Shown here one piece after another: positions 59,712-64,000 of a DNA stretch of 64,000 nucleotides. The position numbers were made by a program, and so were the translations under genes. Origin of the DNA: Candidatus Obscuribacterales bacterium (GTDB lineage: Bacteria > Cyanobacteriota > Vampirovibrionia > Obscuribacterales > Obscuribacteraceae); assembly GCA_965228855.1 (NCBI GenBank), contig CBDDIJ010000002.1, positions 2,400,001 to 2,464,000 of the forward strand. The letters run 5' to 3'. The notes under the pieces were generated by a model. The model saw only the letters and a list, made by a program, of their open reading frames with translations, did not search any database and had not been told where the DNA came from. Every line of letters begins with the position of its first letter. Position 1 is the first letter of the stretch.

Positions 59712-60033
59712 CAATTGAATTCAGCTTAGAATGGGTTTAATTGCCAACCTATCGAGGCGAATTAATTGAATATGTTTAAGTGTGCTGCGACCGCAGCCAG
59801 GCACATCTTCTCAAGTTCGTGTCAGTTGGGGAACTGCATGAGATGATGATTTCCGGTGTTTCAACCGGCGTTGCTGTGGTCGATTGCTCTGAGAGGGTTG
59901 CTGTGTCGCACCATACGAAGAGTCGGTTTCGCCAATTTTTTTCTAGTTTCGACGCCGGGCTTGAACTTTCCGAAATCGACGGCGTATGCCAGTATTATTC
60001 TGTGTCTCAGACATTTTTCACACGGTCTAACGC

Positions 60034-60684
60034 ATGACAATGAACATTCCTCCGCCTCTCAGGGGCGACGAAAATTATCGTGATTTGCTAATTCATATAG
60101 AGTCGATTCCGGACGTGCCTGCTCAATGGAAAGGCACTCCGATTGAGTCTTTTATCATGGCGCAGAATTTTGGCTGGCCGATCCAGGGCTCCGGTAAAGT
60201 CGAACTACTCATCTCTACGTGTATCGAGTTTCGCTACGCGCTGCCAATTCCGCGAATGTACGCTTATGTAATTCGGAGGGCCAGCGGGCGCGTTCTCGGT
60301 TCTGAGTTTAGCGTCGGATATACCATGGCGCAAGGTGTTAAATACCTCGCCTTGATCGGTCATAACGATTGCGGTATGGCAAAGGCGCTGACCAATGCAC
60401 CACGAGTGGTGGCAGCTCTAGTCGAGCAGGGCTGGGACACCGACCTTGCTCAGCAGTATGTCGAAAATCAGTTAAAGCGGCATGCCATCAACGATGAGCT
60501 GGATGCGCTCCGTGATGAATTCATTCGCTTGAAACGTGTTTTCCGAAAGCTGTTGATTGCCCCACTGTTCGTTTGTCTGCACGACAGCAAACTATATGTT
60601 CCGGCCTGGTACGAAAGTTTGAACGCGGAGCTTGACAAAGAAGAGCCAAAGACACCTCGAGAACTTATCGAAAATTTGATGTAG
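60034..60684 (+). CDS. Beta-carbonic anhydrase-like protein (atypical CxExR motif)
   Basis: LISTCIEFR, YVIRRASG, LIGHNDCGM give the Cys/His/Cys zinc ligand set. Confidence 0.7.
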   Translation: MTMNIPPPLRGDENYRDLLIHIESIPDVPAQWKGTPIESFIMAQNFGWPIQGSGKVELLISTCIEFRYALPIPRMYAYVIRRASGRVLGSEFSVGYTMAQGVKYLALIGHNDCGMAKALTNAPRVVAALVEQGWDTDLAQQYVENQLKRHAINDELDALRDEFIRLKRVFRKLLIAPLFVCLHDSKLYVPAWYESLNAELDKEEPKTPRELIENLM

Positions 60685-60690
60685 CTTCGG

Positions 60691-61824
60691 CTAAATCAAC
60701 TGGCGTTTAAAACGGTTAGCGCTGATAGTAAGCACCACGACTGCAGACACAGCAAGAAGAATGAGCGGAATCCATAACATGTCCAGTGTTGCGCCCTTGA
60801 GGAGCACACCTCGCGAAATGAGTGCGTAGTAGCGAAGTGGATCGAGAACTGAAATTGCCTGAAGCGGCGCCGGCATGGTATCCAGTGGTACAACGGTTCC
60901 CGACAATAGTATCAGCGGAATGTTTATGAAGAATGACGCGAGCTGCGCCTGACGCTGACTTCGGCAGACGGAGCCGAGCATCATTCCCACGCCTATGCCG
61001 ACGAAAGCGTATAGCGCTGATGCGAGCAACAGTAGCAAAAAGCTACCTCTGCAAGGCAACCCGAAAATCAGTCTAGAAGCAGTGATTGCGACGACCACGT
61101 CCACGATCAGGAACGTCGCAAGCGGAATAATCTTGGCCAGAAGGATTTCGGATGACGATGCGGGCGTCATAAGTAATTGTTCCATCGTGCCGCTTTCGCG
61201 TTCGCGAAGAACCGTTGCTGATGCGACGAGCGTGCCCGTGAGGGTGAGGCATGCGCCAAGGACGCCTGGAACGAAATACCAGCTGCTGATCAAATCCGGG
61301 TTATATAGAATTCGTATGTCTGGTTCAATGATTTTGTTTTCTCTTTCCTCTTTCTTCGCCGCTGAGTGAAATTCGTAAATCGTCCTCTGTACATTTGCGC
61401 TTGCGATACCTGCGGTGTAGGCATCTGCGCCATCTACGAGAACTTGTACTTGGGCTCCCTCATTCTTTTGCACCTTTTCGCTAAAATTAGATGGAATTAC
61501 CAGTCCGATCGTTTTCTTCCCTCGCTCCAACTCTCTAGTTAGAGCATCCTCTGATTTCATCAGCTGATTCTTTTTGAATGTGTCAGATTGCATGATTTGA
61601 CTGAGTAATTCTCGACTGTCAGCCGTCTTGGCATGATCCACGGTAGCGAGCGAAAGGTTTCGAACCTGTGGGTCTAGTGCGCCTCCGAGGATCAGCAACT
61701 GAAGAATGGGAGGCACTAGTACTAAAAACAGTAAGTACTTGTTGCGCAGGATCTCGCGGGTCTCCTTGACCACGAGCGCCCAGAGACGGCTGGAGACTAA
61801 TTTCTCTACAATTGGATTCATCAT
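60691..61824 (-). CDS. ABC-2 type transporter permease (YbhR-like)
   Basis: KETREILR, VDGAD, RERESGTMEQLLMTP, LLSGTVVPL. Confidence 0.9.
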   Translation of the reverse strand: MMNPIVEKLVSSRLWALVVKETREILRNKYLLFLVLVPPILQLLILGGALDPQVRNLSLATVDHAKTADSRELLSQIMQSDTFKKNQLMKSEDALTRELERGKKTIGLVIPSNFSEKVQKNEGAQVQVLVDGADAYTAGIASANVQRTIYEFHSAAKKEERENKIIEPDIRILYNPDLISSWYFVPGVLGACLTLTGTLVASATVLRERESGTMEQLLMTPASSSEILLAKIIPLATFLIVDVVVAITASRLIFGLPCRGSFLLLLLASALYAFVGIGVGMMLGSVCRSQRQAQLASFFINIPLILLSGTVVPLDTMPAPLQAISVLDPLRYYALISRGVLLKGATLDMLWIPLILLAVSAVVVLTISANRFKRQLI

Positions 61825-62945
61825 TAATCCTTCTCTTGCATGCGGCGCAGAGCCATACAACTTAAACCGAGTTCAACGACGCAGAACAGAATCAGAACTA
61901 ACGGCACATACCAGACGGCCGACCATCCAGTTCCCCGCACGAAGGCGTCGCGGGTGAGTTCAATGAAATATTTTCCAGGGACTACAATCGCGAACATATT
62001 GAGAGGAAATGGAATGTTTGAAATCGGATAAACAAAACCGGACAGCAAAAGGCATGGGAAAAAGCCTATCGAAGAAGTGGCCTGGACTGCGGTAGTCTGC
62101 GAACCTGCGTATGTTCCAAGCATTAATCCAAATAAGACTGATACCAGAACATAAAGCGGCGTCGATACTACTAGTGGTGTCGGATCGCCAACGGGAAACA
62201 CGTTGAAAATGATGGCGCCGACGGTCATGACCATGATTGCCATGACCAGAGAAATCATGAAATATGGTGCGGCTTTGCCAAGCAGAAATGCCAGCGGATT
62301 CGGATTCGAGGCGTACACTCTGATCATGGTGCCTTGTTCTTTTTCTCTCGACGCAGCGACTGCAGCCAGGAGCGCAGGATACATCCAGAGGACAATCGCG
62401 AAAGCGCCCGGCACGATGAACAATCTTTCTTCTCGACCCGGGTTGAACCAGAGTCGTGTCTCAGGCACCACAGGTGATAGCTGTGCGTCCGGTTGTCGTG
62501 TCTGATGCAGCACCGACAGGAAGTAGAGGTTCGCTGCCTCTATGCTGTTGGTTAACACCTGAACGTTCGAGATGTCGGTTCCATCAATATAGACTTTGAA
62601 TGGTGACATAGAGCCAGTGAATACTTTTCCTGTAAATCCCTTTGGAATCTCAACCGCTACTTTGGCCTCTCCTCTGTCGATTGCCCTGGTAAGTGACTCG
62701 TCAGGGTCTGCGTCGGCAGGGACGAACATATTGGTAGCGTACAAACGTGCGACATATTCCCGGGACAGTGACGTGTTGTCGCTGTCACGCACCAAGACCG
62801 GGATGCTTTTCGATTCCAGCCGGATACCGAAACCAAGTAGCAACAGCGAGAAAAGTGGCAATAGAAACGCAAGTGCGACACTTAACCGGTCACGGCGAAA
62901 CTCCTTGAGCTCTTTGACTGTTTGTACGAGAAATGTGTTGAACAT
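61824..62945 (-). CDS. ABC-2 type transporter permease (YbhS-like)
   Basis: KELKEFRRDR, RLWFNP, REKEQGT, LLSGFVYPISNIP. Confidence 0.9.
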   Translation of the reverse strand: MFNTFLVQTVKELKEFRRDRLSVALAFLLPLFSLLLLGFGIRLESKSIPVLVRDSDNTSLSREYVARLYATNMFVPADADPDESLTRAIDRGEAKVAVEIPKGFTGKVFTGSMSPFKVYIDGTDISNVQVLTNSIEAANLYFLSVLHQTRQPDAQLSPVVPETRLWFNPGREERLFIVPGAFAIVLWMYPALLAAVAASREKEQGTMIRVYASNPNPLAFLLGKAAPYFMISLVMAIMVMTVGAIIFNVFPVGDPTPLVVSTPLYVLVSVLFGLMLGTYAGSQTTAVQATSSIGFFPCLLLSGFVYPISNIPFPLNMFAIVVPGKYFIELTRDAFVRGTGWSAVWYVPLVLILFCVVELGLSCMALRRMQEKD

Positions 62946-64000
62946 CAGGAGTCGCCTCTCTGGTTTCGTTCGGTTAGTTTTGAAACCGCCAGGTCCGCAT
63001 CTTTTTGCATCTGTGCACGACTCTCGTCGCCATCTTCTCTGTGGCGCCGTTGAACGACGTCAATAAATGCATCTTCAAGAGTGAAGTCGATGGAACGTAA
63101 TTCGGGCTTCTCTCCGGCAGATTTTAAAATCGACTTGACCCGCTCAGTTTCATTCTCGTCGTCTAAAAGCACGTGAAGCGAGCTTCCAAATATCGCAACG
63201 CGCCAGTGGTCGAGTTGTTCAGAGAGCGTGCGGAACGCGTTTTGCGTGTCGCGCGGATTGACTTCGAACAGTATTCCTCTGTGATCGGCTTTGATTTCGG
63301 ATGGTGTTCCGCTCGCGATCACCTTGCTGTCAGCCATAAAAGCGAGGCGATTGCAAAACTCTGCTTCATCCAGGTAGTGAGTGGTTACAAGAATGGCAGC
63401 TCCATTGGTCGCGAAGTCACGAATCAGGCTCCAGAGCTGACGTCTGGCAAGAGGATCAACCCCGGCAGTAGGTTCGTCGAGAAAAATAATTTTGGGGTCG
63501 TGCATTACGGCGGCACCAAATGCGATGCGCTGTTTCCAGCCGAGGGGCAAGCTTTTCACAATTGAGTTTTCAATGTTCTGCAGGTTGCAGGCTTTGATAA
63601 CCCACTCGATCTGCTGTCTCCTGAGCTTGAGCGGAATCTCGTAGATGCCCGCGTAGAAATTCAGATTCTCGCGAACGGTGAGGTCGTCGTAGAGAGAAAA
63701 CTTCTGACTCATGTATCCGATATCTTTTCGAACGGAGACTTTTCGTAAGTCGGATTTTTCGCCAACAAGTTCGACTTCACCGCCGGTCGGCTTGGCTAGC
63801 CCGCAGAGCATTTTTATAGTTGTTGTTTTTCCCGCGCCATTTGCACCCAGCAACCCAAATATCTCTCCATATTTGATCTCCAGGCTCACATCGTCTACAG
63901 CCCTGAAATCGTCGAATGTCTTCACCAGGCTTCTCGCCTTCAGCGCAGCGCCACCGGATTCCGACTTGTTCTCGGATGATTGATTCTTCCAGTGCGGGAA
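62945..64000 (-). CDS. ABC transporter ATP-binding protein (YbhF-like), 5' end outside the window
   Basis: GANGAGKTT, LPLGWKQR, FLDEPTAGVDP, TTHYLDEAE; frame stays open to the window edge. Confidence 0.9.
   Translation of the reverse strand, partial: FPHWKNQSSENKSESGGAALKARSLVKTFDDFRAVDDVSLEIKYGEIFGLLGANGAGKTTTIKMLCGLAKPTGGEVELVGEKSDLRKVSVRKDIGYMSQKFSLYDDLTVRENLNFYAGIYEIPLKLRRQQIEWVIKACNLQNIENSIVKSLPLGWKQRIAFGAAVMHDPKIIFLDEPTAGVDPLARRQLWSLIRDFATNGAAILVTTHYLDEAEFCNRLAFMADSKVIASGTPSEIKADHRGILFEVNPRDTQNAFRTLSEQLDHWRVAIFGSSLHVLLDDENETERVKSILKSAGEKPELRSIDFTLEDAFIDVVQRRHREDGDESRAQMQKDADLAVSKLTERNQRGDS

Overview
A gene-dense, roughly 50% GC bacterial chromosome segment with about 57 CDS. I found no rRNA, tRNA, CRISPR array or mobile element. 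The mix of secreted hypotheticals, PAS kinases and haemagglutinin-like proteins is reminiscent of Vampirovibrionia/Melainabacteria (Obscuribacterales), but that is only an impression. Main modules: (1) a TetR plus a di-iron ferritin-like protein with a palindromic operator; (2) redox and light-stress genes (exported MsrB and glutathione peroxidase, CurA-like reductase, aldo-keto reductase, CPD photolyase, TIGR01777, LOV histidine kinase with an OmpR-type regulator); (3) topoisomerase IB; (4) an ArsR-SRPBCC-VOC operon; (5) a 1764-aa secreted glycine-rich protein; (6) a tightly coupled operon joining an exported PIG-L deacetylase and a Na+/solute symporter to bacillithiol genes (half-size BshC-like, bshB1, bshA); (7) a DEAD-box helicase with 21 hexapeptide repeats; (8) an Rv0081-like ArsR with a nickel-free hydrogenase-related (Ehr) complex, followed by an atypical beta-carbonic-anhydrase-like gene that shares an operator-like palindrome; (9) a YbhFSR-type ABC exporter cut by the window edge. 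Best leads: the Ehr/carbonic-anhydrase regulon, an ORF that continues in frame through a TGA (possible selenocysteine or readthrough), and the thiol synthesis-plus-salvage operon. All family calls come from motif recognition by eye; no searches were run.
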